From Thermodesulfobacteriota bacterium (lineage in GTDB: Bacteria; Desulfobacterota; Binatia; Bin18), in the NCBI GenBank assembly GCA_964291405.2, contig OZ219926.1, forward strand, positions 3,296,001-3,360,000: DNA of 64,000 nucleotides. The letters are read 5' to 3'. The first letter of the stretch is position 1, and the number at the start of each line of letters is the position of its first letter. Positions 46,576 to 56,014 of the stretch are shown here, piece after piece. Below the pieces are notes generated by a model that was given only the letters and a program-made list of their open reading frames with translations, made no database searches and was not told the origin of the DNA. Made by a program: the position numbers and the translations under genes.

Positions 46576-47718
46576 TCAATAGCCCCGCAGCCGTGCCCAG
46601 CGATCCCGATGCCAGGCGGCATCGCCAAAGGTCATCTCCGCGGCGCGAGCGCGTTTCATATACAGGCCGGCATCGTGCTCGTCGGTCATACCAATACCGC
46701 CGTGCATTTGGACCCCCTCGTTGGTCGCCAGGATAAAGGCATCGGAGCAGCGGGCCTTAGCCAGGGAGACCAGCAGGGCCAGGTCACTCTCACCAGTATC
46801 CGCGGCGTTTGTCGCGGCCATCACGGCTGAGCGACACAGTTCAATCTCCATGAAAACTTTGGCCGCCCGATGTTTGAGGGCCTGAAAGGAGCCGATGACC
46901 ACTCCGAATTGTTCGCGTGTCTTGAGGTAGGCGAGCGTATCGTCAAAAATCTGACTCATCCCGCCCAGCATCTCGGCGCACAGGCCGACCGTGGCGAGAT
47001 CAACAGTATGTGAGAGCGCCTGAAAGCCGTGATCGACTGTCCCGACGACGGACTCGGCACCGATTTTCACTCCATCGAGATTGACCAGCGCCGCGGCACG
47101 ATTATCAACCCGGGTCTGGGGGATGATCGCCACACCGGGCGTATCCGGTACAATTAGAAAGAGGGTGATGCCGTCCTGATCGCTGTCTTCGCCGGCGGTG
47201 CGGACCGAGACAATCAGCGCATCCGCGTTCTGTCCGTCCAGGACCTGAATCTTTTCGCCCGACAGCCTCCAGGCGTCTCCTTCGGCTGTGGCCTGTGTGG
47301 AAACCCGATTCAGGTCATAGCGGCTACGCGCCTCCTGATAGGCAAGCGCAAGAATCTTTTCGCCCGTCGCGACGCCTGGGAGCCAAGTCTGTTTTTGTTC
47401 AGGGCTACCGGCGTGCGCAAGCAATTGACCGCCAAGCAAGACGGTTGAGAGAAAGGGCTCCGGAGCAAGATTACGGCCCACGGCTTCCTGTACAACCGCA
47501 AGATCGGCCAGGCCCATGCCAGCACCGCCATATTCCTCGGGAATCAGAATACCCGCCCATCCGAGCTGGGCCATCTCCTGCCACATATCCCGTGAGAAAC
47601 CCACACTGTCTTGGGCTTCACGCAGCGCGCGCAGCCGGCTGATCGGAGAGTTGGTACGGACGAAATCACGCGCAGTCTGCGCTAAAAGTTCCTGATCTTC
47701 AGTCAGCACAAGTGCCAC
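46576..47718 (-). CDS. Acyl-CoA dehydrogenase (beta-type partner subunit)
   Basis: REQFGVVIGSFQALKHR, QMHGGIGMTDEHD; lacks the canonical EG motif. Confidence 0.9.
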   Translation of the reverse strand: MALVLTEDQELLAQTARDFVRTNSPISRLRALREAQDSVGFSRDMWQEMAQLGWAGILIPEEYGGAGMGLADLAVVQEAVGRNLAPEPFLSTVLLGGQLLAHAGSPEQKQTWLPGVATGEKILALAYQEARSRYDLNRVSTQATAEGDAWRLSGEKIQVLDGQNADALIVSVRTAGEDSDQDGITLFLIVPDTPGVAIIPQTRVDNRAAALVNLDGVKIGAESVVGTVDHGFQALSHTVDLATVGLCAEMLGGMSQIFDDTLAYLKTREQFGVVIGSFQALKHRAAKVFMEIELCRSAVMAATNAADTGESDLALLVSLAKARCSDAFILATNEGVQMHGGIGMTDEHDAGLYMKRARAAEMTFGDAAWHRDRWARLRGY

Positions 47719-47733
47719 AATACCTCTCCTCTA

Positions 47734-47827
47734 TCCCCTCCTTGGAGGGAAAGAGGAAACATGTCTTCGACAGAATAGGCCGATGTTGACATGTTTCCTC
47801 TTTGTAGCCCGAAGGGCCGGGGTAGGT
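47734..47827 (+). repeat. Family A copy 5, interrupted by a family B element
   Basis: TCCCCTCCTTGGAGGG [54-bp insert] G-TA-GCCCGAAGGGC-CGGGGTAGGT; 16+24 = 40 bp once the insert is removed. Confidence 0.88.
47750..47803. mobile_element. Family B element, copy 4 (54 bp, inserted into family A)
   Basis: Perfect 16-bp inverted repeat AAAGAGGAAACATGTC / GACATGTTTCCTCTTT around a 22-bp spacer. Confidence 0.8.
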
Positions 47828-47846
47828 CTCTCCCCCATCCTTTCCC

Positions 47847-49037
47847 TTAATCAGGTAATCCCAGTACACGCTTGGCGATGATATTGAGTTGGATCTCACT
47901 CGTCCCGCCCTCAATCGTATTGCCTCGGGAGCGCAGCCAGTCGCGGGTGAGGGTGAGCTCAACGTCTTCGAAACCCGGTCCTTCCCAGCCCAGGGCGTGC
48001 GGGCCGGCAATCGACACCAACAGTTCAAGACGACGCTGGTTCAGCTCAGTACCGTAGATTTTAAACATCGAGCTTTCCGGCCCTGGGGGCCGACCGGCTT
48101 TGGCCGCATCGCGGGCACGTTCCGTAGTGAGGCGAAAGGCGCGACTGTCCATTTCGTACTGCACCATACGATCCCTGATTGCGGAGTCCGCCACCCGGTC
48201 GCCGTCCAGTCCAAGATGCTCCTTGGCCCAGTCCTGCATGCTTCGACCCTTACCCGCCGTCGTGCCGAAGGCCGAGGCAATCATATTGCGCTCATGATTC
48301 AGTAGAGACTTGGCCACCGTCCAGCCTTTGTCCACCTCAAAGATGACATTCTTGGCCGGGGCATGCACATCGGTCAAAAAGGTCTCGCAGAAAGGTGAGG
48401 CTCCACTAATGAGTTTAATGGGACGGGTTTCCACGCCCGGCGATTCCATGTCTACCAATAGGAAGGTGATGCCTTCCTGTTTTTTAGCCTCCGGGTTAGT
48501 CCGGACGAGCATGAACATCCAGTCCGCCAGATTGGCAAACGACGTCCATACCTTCTGGCCGTTAATCACGTAGTGGTCGCCCTCAAGGACGGCCCGGGTT
48601 TTGAGAGAAGCCAGGTCGCTGCCTGAACCCGGTTCGGAATAGCCCTGACACCAGCGAATCTCGCCCTTGATAATCCCCGGTAGATGTTCGTGTTTTTGTT
48701 CTTCGGTACCGTATTGTAAGAGGGTCGGACCAATCATGGTCAGGCCAAAGCCGATCAACGGTGCCGGCAGTTGCAGGGTATTCATCTCCTGCTGCAACAT
48801 CTTGGCTTCGTCCTTGGAGAGCCCGCCGCCGCCGTACTGGGTTGGCCACTCGGGTGCGGTCCAGCCGCGCTCGGCCATGACATCGAGCCAGACTTTCATA
48901 TCGGGATTCGGGTATCTGGCCTTCCGTCCGCCCCAATTCCCGTCAAGCATGGTATTCCCCACGCCGCGGATCGAAGCCGGGGCGTGGGCGTCCAGCCACT
49001 GATGTGTCTCAGTACGAAACGTTTCGAGATCGGCCAT
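47847..49037 (-). CDS. Acyl-CoA dehydrogenase
   Basis: WCQGYSEPGSGSDLASL, NGQKVWTS, TIEGGTSEIQLNII. Confidence 0.94.
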   Translation of the reverse strand: MADLETFRTETHQWLDAHAPASIRGVGNTMLDGNWGGRKARYPNPDMKVWLDVMAERGWTAPEWPTQYGGGGLSKDEAKMLQQEMNTLQLPAPLIGFGLTMIGPTLLQYGTEEQKHEHLPGIIKGEIRWCQGYSEPGSGSDLASLKTRAVLEGDHYVINGQKVWTSFANLADWMFMLVRTNPEAKKQEGITFLLVDMESPGVETRPIKLISGASPFCETFLTDVHAPAKNVIFEVDKGWTVAKSLLNHERNMIASAFGTTAGKGRSMQDWAKEHLGLDGDRVADSAIRDRMVQYEMDSRAFRLTTERARDAAKAGRPPGPESSMFKIYGTELNQRRLELLVSIAGPHALGWEGPGFEDVELTLTRDWLRSRGNTIEGGTSEIQLNIIAKRVLGLPD

Positions 49038-49057
49038 GTCCACTCCTCCTCAATAGA

Positions 49058-49081
49058 AAGGGCGACCGTTGGGTCGCCCTT
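49058..49081. repeat. Intergenic palindrome (REP-like)
   Basis: AAGGGCGACC-GTTG-GGTCGCCCTT, perfect 10-bp stem. Confidence 0.5.
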
Positions 49082-49128
49082 ATTCGAGCAAGATTCAGCG
49101 CTTTGGACAAGCGCGGGGTGATTGGTGC

Positions 49129-50253
49129 TTACGCTGCGGCCGCAGCGGGCGCCGGCATGTTCAGGGGTTCCGGGTCCTGGAGCGGCTGCGTATCCCACTT
49201 CTTGAGTTCCGGCAGGACATGCTTGGCAAAGCACTTCATGCTGCCCTCGGCCTCGTCGTAGGGCATCCCGGCGTAGCTGAAGTTGCACATAATGGCTTTC
49301 ATGTCGATCGTGTCACGGATGAATTCGAGTTTCCGCAGCACCTGATCGGGTGTCCCCCACGGCATGAGTTTGACAAAGTCTCTGGCGGCTCCGTCCATGC
49401 CATGCTGCTCAATATATTTTCCGACGTTGCTGTAGAACTCATAGCCCTTGTTCTGACCAAAGTGTTTGGCCGTCATCTGATAGTGATTCATGGCCGTGTG
49501 ATAATAGGCTCCGATCCACTTGGTGGCATGCTCTTCGGCCCGCTTGGCATCTTCATCAACATAGAAGAACCCGCCACAGAACGGCTGGGGTGGCTTGGTA
49601 CCGGGATTCTCTTCCTGCCAGACTTTATGGTAGACCTCGAAATCTCCTCTGACGACATCCCACGGTTTTTGCGGAATGACCAGCAGGCCGATACCGAGCC
49701 GGGCCATGATCGGCATGGACTCCGGTGAGACCGCCGCGGCATAGGTGCGGCCCTTAAACGAGTAGGCCGGGTAGGGGCGGATATCGCGGCGGGGCTGCTG
49801 GATCGTCGGGCCGCCCTCCATATAGCCTTTCTCCAGTCCATTGATGATAAGTTCGGCGTATTCAACAAAGCGTTCGCGACCTTCGTTCTGGTCGATTCGA
49901 AAGCCGTCATACTCGACCCGGGCCAGACCTCGACCGAAGCCCAGGATCATCCGCCCACCCGACACATGGTCAAGCAGGGAGATTTGCTCGGCAACCCGAA
50001 CCGGATCGTGCCAGGGAAGGACGATGACCATGGTGCCCAGCTTGGCCTTCTTGGTTCTGCCCGCCATATAGGACAGGAACTGAACCGCGTCAGGACACAT
50101 GGTGTAATCCGTAAAGTGGTGCTCGATAGACCAAATTGAGTCAAACCCAAGGGGTTCGGCCATCTCCGCGATCCGAAGCTCCTCGCGGTAGACTTCGGCA
50201 TCGGAGCGAGCGTTTCCAGGGTTCTGAAATACCGGGGCGTAACCAATATGCAT
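49129..50253 (-). CDS. LLM-class flavin-dependent oxidoreductase
   Basis: GFDSIWSIEHHF, LPWHDPVRVAEQ, SGGRMILGFGRG. Confidence 0.92.
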   Translation of the reverse strand: MHIGYAPVFQNPGNARSDAEVYREELRIAEMAEPLGFDSIWSIEHHFTDYTMCPDAVQFLSYMAGRTKKAKLGTMVIVLPWHDPVRVAEQISLLDHVSGGRMILGFGRGLARVEYDGFRIDQNEGRERFVEYAELIINGLEKGYMEGGPTIQQPRRDIRPYPAYSFKGRTYAAAVSPESMPIMARLGIGLLVIPQKPWDVVRGDFEVYHKVWQEENPGTKPPQPFCGGFFYVDEDAKRAEEHATKWIGAYYHTAMNHYQMTAKHFGQNKGYEFYSNVGKYIEQHGMDGAARDFVKLMPWGTPDQVLRKLEFIRDTIDMKAIMCNFSYAGMPYDEAEGSMKCFAKHVLPELKKWDTQPLQDPEPLNMPAPAAAAA

Positions 50254-50408
50254 AAGGCCTCCTTTATGATCTTTGCTCTGAAACGATGAAGTCCATACTA
50301 TATACAAGCCGGTTCAGTGCGCATAGTCCCTTGCGGCAGTCTCGTCAGGCTAACGGTACGTCATCTGACTCAGTGTCTATGCGAACAATGTAAAGAAAAT
50401 CGGGGCAA

Positions 50409-50446
50409 ACCCACCCCGGCCTGTGGTCACCCCTCCAAGGAGGGGA
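50409..50446 (-). repeat. Family A element, copy 6 (38 bp)
   Basis: ACCCACCCCG-GCCTGTGGT-CA-CCCCTCCAAGGAGGGGA. Confidence 0.85.
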
Positions 50447-50471
50447 TAGGAGAAACCCCTGTCGAGGAATC

Positions 50472-50939
50472 TTATCCTGCCTGCAACGCTTCGAGCACTT
50501 TGGCCGGATGGTCGGCGGCTTTGGCGACCCGCCTCCAGTGTTTTTTCACCTTGCCGTTGGGGCCAATCCAGACCGTCGAGCGAATGACGCCCACCGTCTT
50601 TTTGCCGTACATCATCTTCTCGCCCCAGGCGCCGTATTTTGCCATGACCTTTTTGTCCGGGTCGCATAAGAGCGTGAACGGCAGTTGGTATTGCGTGGCA
50701 AACTTCTGGTGTGAGGCGGCGCTGTCCGGGGAAACACCGAGGACAACTGCATCCTGTTTTTGGATGTCCCTCCAGAGATCCCGAAATCCGCAGGCCTCTT
50801 TGGTACAACCGGGCGTATTATCCCTGGGATAGAAATAGACAATCACGTTGTGGCCCCGCAGGTCCTTGAGCGCGACCTTGTTTCCGGCTGCATCTTGTAA
50901 GGTAAACGCGGGCGCTGCTTTTCCTTCTTCAATCGGCAT
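50472..50939 (-). CDS. bcp: Peroxiredoxin Bcp
   Basis: YFYPRDNTPGCTKEACGFRD, GVIRST; GGAGG RBS before ATG 50939. Confidence 0.93.
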   Translation of the reverse strand: MPIEEGKAAPAFTLQDAAGNKVALKDLRGHNVIVYFYPRDNTPGCTKEACGFRDLWRDIQKQDAVVLGVSPDSAASHQKFATQYQLPFTLLCDPDKKVMAKYGAWGEKMMYGKKTVGVIRSTVWIGPNGKVKKHWRRVAKAADHPAKVLEALQAG

Positions 50940-51061
50940 AGGCTCCTCCGTACTGCGAACGCGGGTTTCGTGGATTTGACTCGCTCGGCGGTATTTCCTA
51001 AGGTAGCTCGGCTCTTTCGTATCCAAGAATATTATGCGACTCAAGGGAAGGAGAGGCAGAC

Positions 51062-52276
51062 ATGGATTTTGATTTTTCCCCAAAAGTACAGGACCTGAGA
51101 AAAAAGGTTTCTCAATTTATGGAGGACCACGTCCATCCGAACGAACAGACGTTTGAGGACCAACTGAACTCCGGTCCGGATCGCTGGCAGATTCCGCCGA
51201 TTATCGAAGAGCTGAAAGAAAAGGCTAAGGGGGCCGGACTGTGGAACCTGTTTCTGCCGGAGAGCGAGTATGGCTATGGCCTGACCAACCTCGAATACGC
51301 CCCCCTGTCGGAAATCATGGGGCGGGTACATTGGGGTTCGGAAGTCTTTAATTGCTCGGCGCCGGATACCGGCAATATGGAAGTGATCTCTCGCTATGGC
51401 ACACCCGAGCAGCAAAAGGAGTGGCTGGAGCCGCTGCTTGAAGGCAGAATTCGTTCCTGCTTTGCCATGACGGAACCAGCGGTGGCCTCGTCCGATGCCA
51501 CGAATATCGAATCCCGCATCGTGCGCGATGGGGATGAATACGTCATCAACGGCCGTAAGTGGTGGTCGTCGGGCATGGGCGACCCGCGCTGCAAGATTCT
51601 CATCTTCATGGGCAAGACCGATCCTAATAATCCGAACCGCTATCTCCAGCAGTCCCAAATCCTGATCCCGCGCGATACGCCCGGCGTGAAGATCCTGCGG
51701 ATGCTATCCGTGTTCGGCTACGACGATGCCCCCCACGGTCACGCCGAGGTCGAGTTCAAGGACGTGCGGGTGCCGGCCTCGAATATGATTCTGGGTGAGG
51801 GTCGGGGGTTTGAGATCGCCCAAGGCCGTCTTGGTCCTGGTCGTATTCACCACTGCATGCGTTTGATCGGCCAGGCCGAACGCGCGCTGGAGAAAATGTG
51901 CACCCGCGCCAAGTCGCGAACCGCGTTCGGCAAGCTGGTCTCCGAACGGACGGTGACGCTGGAGCGGATCGCCGAGGCCCGGATTCGGATTGAGCAGGCC
52001 CGGCTGCTGACGCTCAAGGCGGCGCATATGATGGACACGGTCGGCAACAAAGCCGCTCGTGCGGAAATTGCCATGATTAAAGTGGCGGCTCCGAATATGG
52101 CGCTGCAAGTGATTGACTGGGCCATGCAGGCCCACGGCGGGGGTGGGGTGGCCGAAGACTTTGGTCTGGCGCGCGCCTATGCCTCGGCGCGGACGCTACG
52201 CTTTGCCGACGGGCCGGACGAAGTCCACCGGAATCAGATTGGCCGCTTGGAGCTGCGCAAATACGATAAAGAGTAA
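51062..52276 (+). CDS. Acyl-CoA dehydrogenase (ACAD10/11-like)
   Basis: [46 protein letters not shown]. Confidence 0.95.
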   Translation: MDFDFSPKVQDLRKKVSQFMEDHVHPNEQTFEDQLNSGPDRWQIPPIIEELKEKAKGAGLWNLFLPESEYGYGLTNLEYAPLSEIMGRVHWGSEVFNCSAPDTGNMEVISRYGTPEQQKEWLEPLLEGRIRSCFAMTEPAVASSDATNIESRIVRDGDEYVINGRKWWSSGMGDPRCKILIFMGKTDPNNPNRYLQQSQILIPRDTPGVKILRMLSVFGYDDAPHGHAEVEFKDVRVPASNMILGEGRGFEIAQGRLGPGRIHHCMRLIGQAERALEKMCTRAKSRTAFGKLVSERTVTLERIAEARIRIEQARLLTLKAAHMMDTVGNKAARAEIAMIKVAAPNMALQVIDWAMQAHGGGGVAEDFGLARAYASARTLRFADGPDEVHRNQIGRLELRKYDKE

Positions 52277-52321
52277 ACGTGTCCAGCATTTCATATCTAT
52301 TGGAGGACACGTTTACTCTTT
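52268..52321. repeat. Family B element, copy 5 (54 bp, opposite orientation)
   Basis: Perfect 17-bp inverted repeat AAAGAGTAAACGTGTCC / GGACACGTTTACTCTTT; spacer resembles the reverse complement of the copy-3 spacer. Confidence 0.9.
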
Positions 52322-52345
52322 TAAGCCGAGAGAACTCAGGGAACC

Positions 52346-53398
52346 ATGAAGTTTGGCCTGCACTACCAGCTCCCGTGCACGGGCTCCCAATCGCCTGTGC
52401 AGCGCTATCGGGATACGCTCGATCAGGCGATTCACGCCGAAGCGTTGGGGTTTGAATCGGTCTGGCCGGTTGAGCAGCACTTTAACCCCGAGCTGTCGAT
52501 TCTTCCGTCGCCGTTGCTGCTCCTGTCGGCCCTGGCCGAGCGAACGCAGACCCTCCGACTGGGGATCGCCATCATTCTCCTGCCCCTTTCACATCCCATT
52601 CGCATCGCTGAAGAGATTGCGACCCTGGACGTGCTGAGTAATGGGCGGGTGGAGTTCGGTATTGGGCGCGGTTCTTTGCCCAATCATTTTAGCGGATTCG
52701 GAGTGGATCAGGCCGAAAGCCGGGAGCGGATGCTGGAGGCCCTGGACATGATTCGCCAGGCCTGGACCCGCGAGCGGTTTTCGTTCCAGGGACAATTCTT
52801 TCAGGTTGAGGATATCTCGGTGGTGCCACGGCCAGTCCAGCAGCCTCATCCTCCCATTCGGGTCGCGGCTAATAGTACAGAAACCTTCGAGCTGATGGGC
52901 CGGTTGGGTTATCCCATTTTTGTAGCCTCGCAGGTCAATCCGTTCGCCAAAATGCGGGAATATATTCCGCTCTATCGCGAGACCCGGACCACGGCCGGGC
53001 ACCCGGCCGATGAGGGGGAGGACGTGACCCTGCTCGGTCCGCTGTACGTCGGTCCGAGCCAGGCTCAGATTCGCCGAGAGTTGGAACCGAGCGTCCGTCG
53101 TTTTCTGGAGTCGGTTGCCACCATTGCCGCGTCCCAAGGTTCGGACTTGGGGAAACAGTCGCGTCGCGTGCAGGAAGTATTCGAGCGGGTACGGCGTATG
53201 ACCTATGAGAAGGTGAGCGAGGTGATGGCTATCTTTGAGACGCCGGACGCCTGTGTCGAGCGCCTCAAACAGCTTGAGGAGGAATTCCGCATGGGACGCT
53301 TCGTGTGCTGGTTCAATCCTGGCGGCATGGTCCCCCATACCCAGGTCATGCGCAGCATGGAGTTGTTTGCCGCCAAGGTGATGCCGCATTTTGCGTAA
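52346..53398 (+). CDS. LLM-class flavin-dependent oxidoreductase
   Basis: GFESVWPVEQHF, HPIRIAEEIATLDVLSNGRVEFGIGRG, PRPVQQPHPP. Confidence 0.92.
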   Translation: MKFGLHYQLPCTGSQSPVQRYRDTLDQAIHAEALGFESVWPVEQHFNPELSILPSPLLLLSALAERTQTLRLGIAIILLPLSHPIRIAEEIATLDVLSNGRVEFGIGRGSLPNHFSGFGVDQAESRERMLEALDMIRQAWTRERFSFQGQFFQVEDISVVPRPVQQPHPPIRVAANSTETFELMGRLGYPIFVASQVNPFAKMREYIPLYRETRTTAGHPADEGEDVTLLGPLYVGPSQAQIRRELEPSVRRFLESVATIAASQGSDLGKQSRRVQEVFERVRRMTYEKVSEVMAIFETPDACVERLKQLEEEFRMGRFVCWFNPGGMVPHTQVMRSMELFAAKVMPHFA

Positions 53399-53432
53399 GG
53401 GATGGACGGCTTGAGCGAGAAGGAAAAGTGGC

Positions 53433-54158
53433 GTGGACTATAGACGTGAGTTTCTCGACCTCCTGCTTAAAAAAAACGCGCTCAAAATTGCCAGCGACTC
53501 TAGCGCCTTCTTTCAACTCAAAAGCGGGCGCGTCAGCCCGAGCTTTATCTCGCTCGGCTCGCTGACCGACGGCGAAAGCCTGATCACGCTCAAAAAATGC
53601 TATAGCCAAGCGGCCCTGGAAGGCGTAGAGCGGGGCGTTCTGCAGGACTTCGCCTATGTTTTCGGTCCGGCCTATAAAGGCATCACCCTGGGGGCTCTGT
53701 TGTGTGAGGGACTTCAGGAATACGCGAACAAGTCAACCTCTCTCCTCTACGACCGCAAAGAAGAGAAAGCCCACGGAGAGGTGAGCCAGGGCCGTTCGGC
53801 CGAGAAGACCATTGTCGGGGCTGAAAATTTCGTCCCGGCAAGCGGGATTCTGCTGGTTGACGATGTGGTCACCACCGGCAAGGCAAAATACGAAGCGCTC
53901 GAAAAGATGCGCCTGCTTGGTGAGCACCGGATCGCCGGGATGGTCGTTGCGGTTGATCGGCAGGAATTGCTGGGCGACGCTCAGCAGGTCGGTCGATACA
54001 GCGCCATTCAGGCGCTCGAACACAAACTCGGCATCCGCACCTTCGCCATTCTCACCATGCAGGAGATTTTCAGTCTGGTGAAAGACACCCTCTCAGCAGA
54101 AGTTCGACAGGCGTGGATTGACTACTATGAGCGCTATGGGGCCGTCCAACTCGGGTAG
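53433..54158 (+). CDS. pyrE: Orotate phosphoribosyltransferase
   Basis: FQLKSGRVSP, FGPAYKGI, RKEEKAHGE, PRPP-binding motif LVDDVVTTG. Confidence 0.88.
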   Translation: MDYRREFLDLLLKKNALKIASDSSAFFQLKSGRVSPSFISLGSLTDGESLITLKKCYSQAALEGVERGVLQDFAYVFGPAYKGITLGALLCEGLQEYANKSTSLLYDRKEEKAHGEVSQGRSAEKTIVGAENFVPASGILLVDDVVTTGKAKYEALEKMRLLGEHRIAGMVVAVDRQELLGDAQQVGRYSAIQALEHKLGIRTFAILTMQEIFSLVKDTLSAEVRQAWIDYYERYGAVQLG

Positions 54159-54200
54159 CGGCTGCGAAGGGCTCTATTCGCTCGCGCTCTTCTCATTTAA

Positions 54201-55994
54201 TCACCCGCCCTGTGCCGCCCGTTGACGTTGGGTGGCTGCGTGGTCAACAGCCATGGTTTGGGGGTCGATGACTACGCCGTAGTCTTTTTCCGCCATCTCA
54301 AGCGTAATGAAATCGTCCAGCACATCGTCCAAAACAAGCTGCGGGTCGCGTTCAAACGGGTCGCCATACGCGCCGCTGTTGGCGGTTTTAATCTGGAGCA
54401 GTTCGTTTTCCTGCATGGGATAGCCGGTGACCTTGCTATACAAGCGCTCCTCTCCCTCAACACCGGGGTTCTTAATCATGGACGCCCGGCTGCCGTTGCC
54501 GCCGTTAAAGATGCCCTTGGGCGCGTCAAAATGGCGTTCCGCCTCCGAGGACAGGAAGCCGGGCACGAGAAAACGATTTTCGCGCACAATCCCGACTCCA
54601 CCGCGCCACTTGCCCGGAGCGATGGGCTCCTCGCGTAATTCGTAGCGTTCGTTGCGCATGGGAAAACGCAGGTCCAGCTCTTCGACGGGATTGTTCCGGG
54701 TGTTTTCAATCAGACAGGCAATCGAGTCGAGCCCGTCTTTGCCGTGACGGCCACCCCAGTTGCCCTCGTTGACCTCCAGATACACCCAGTACTGGCCCTT
54801 TTCTTCCAGAAAGCCGCTATAGCTCAGGAAATGCACATGGGCCGCATTCCCGGCGCACACCTTGTCCGGGACGGCCTGGGCGAGGGCGAGGTTCACGCCG
54901 TCGGCCAGATATTGGACCTGATTGAAGCGGCTGAAGCAGGCGCGGGGAAAACGCGGATTGAAAATCGTTCCTTCCGGCGCAACGACCCGAATGGGCCGAA
55001 AAATTCCCTCGTTCTGTGGCACCGGGTCGGGGTAGGTGGCTTCATCGAGCAGGATGCTGCGCACGATCACGTAGGAGGCGACCAGGGTGCTGCCTTCAAA
55101 CGGCACGTTATAGCCAGTTGGCACCTCAGGGCTTGAGCCGGTCAGGTCGATGGTCAGCTCGCTGCCTTCTACCTTGACTTTGACACACACGGCCAGCGGT
55201 TGTTCTCGGTTGCGACCGTCGTCGTCCAGGTATTGGGTGGGCGCGACATATTCTCCGTCGGGGATTTTTTCGATTTCCTTGCGCAACATCCGCTCGGAGT
55301 AGTCCATTAAATCGTGGGCCGTATCGAGCACGGTAGTCACCCCGTATTTTTCGACCAGATGCAGAAAACGCTCCCGCCCCAGTTGACAGGCGGCGATCAT
55401 GGACTCGATATCGCCGGCGTTCATCTCCGGCGTCCGGACGTTATCCAGAAAGAACTGCCACAGGTCGTCGTTACGGACCCCCTTGTTGTACAGCTTAATG
55501 CCGTTAAACAGGCGGGACTCGGCCCAGACATCGACCACATCAACGTTGAGGCCCGGTGCGGCGCCGCCCATATCGAGCAGGTGGGCGGTGACCGCGGCAA
55601 AACCGATCAACTCGCCCTGCCAGAATACGGGCACGGCAATACCCAGGTCCGGGGTATGGCTGGCGCCCTGAAAGGGATGGTTATGCAGAATCACGTCCCC
55701 CTCGTGAATATTGCCCTGGAGTCGCTTCAGGAAACCCCGGATATAGGCCGGCAGGGAACCCACGTGCATGGGTGAGGTATCGCTCTCGCAGATCTCGTTG
55801 CCCTGGGCGTCGTACAGGCCGGCGCCCAGGTCTTCAGACTCACGGATAATGCTGGAATAGGACATACGGTAGAGGACGTGCGCCATTTCTTTGGCCGCCG
55901 CGGTAAACGCGCCACCCAGGACGCGCAGGGTAATCGGGTCGACCGACCGAGGTGTACCGTTTGGAGTGCCGTGTCCGTTTGGTGAGGTCATCAC
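54201..55994 (-). CDS. Hydantoinase B/oxoprolinase family subunit
   Basis: DPITLRV, SSIIRESED, HNHPFQGASHTPD, HLLDMGG, GKWRGG, YGDPFERDP. Confidence 0.92.
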   Translation of the reverse strand: MMTSPNGHGTPNGTPRSVDPITLRVLGGAFTAAAKEMAHVLYRMSYSSIIRESEDLGAGLYDAQGNEICESDTSPMHVGSLPAYIRGFLKRLQGNIHEGDVILHNHPFQGASHTPDLGIAVPVFWQGELIGFAAVTAHLLDMGGAAPGLNVDVVDVWAESRLFNGIKLYNKGVRNDDLWQFFLDNVRTPEMNAGDIESMIAACQLGRERFLHLVEKYGVTTVLDTAHDLMDYSERMLRKEIEKIPDGEYVAPTQYLDDDGRNREQPLAVCVKVKVEGSELTIDLTGSSPEVPTGYNVPFEGSTLVASYVIVRSILLDEATYPDPVPQNEGIFRPIRVVAPEGTIFNPRFPRACFSRFNQVQYLADGVNLALAQAVPDKVCAGNAAHVHFLSYSGFLEEKGQYWVYLEVNEGNWGGRHGKDGLDSIACLIENTRNNPVEELDLRFPMRNERYELREEPIAPGKWRGGVGIVRENRFLVPGFLSSEAERHFDAPKGIFNGGNGSRASMIKNPGVEGEERLYSKVTGYPMQENELLQIKTANSGAYGDPFERDPQLVLDDVLDDFITLEMAEKDYGVVIDPQTMAVDHAATQRQRAAQGG

Positions 55995-56014
55995 GTTCCC
56001 TCCTCTGCGTGTCC

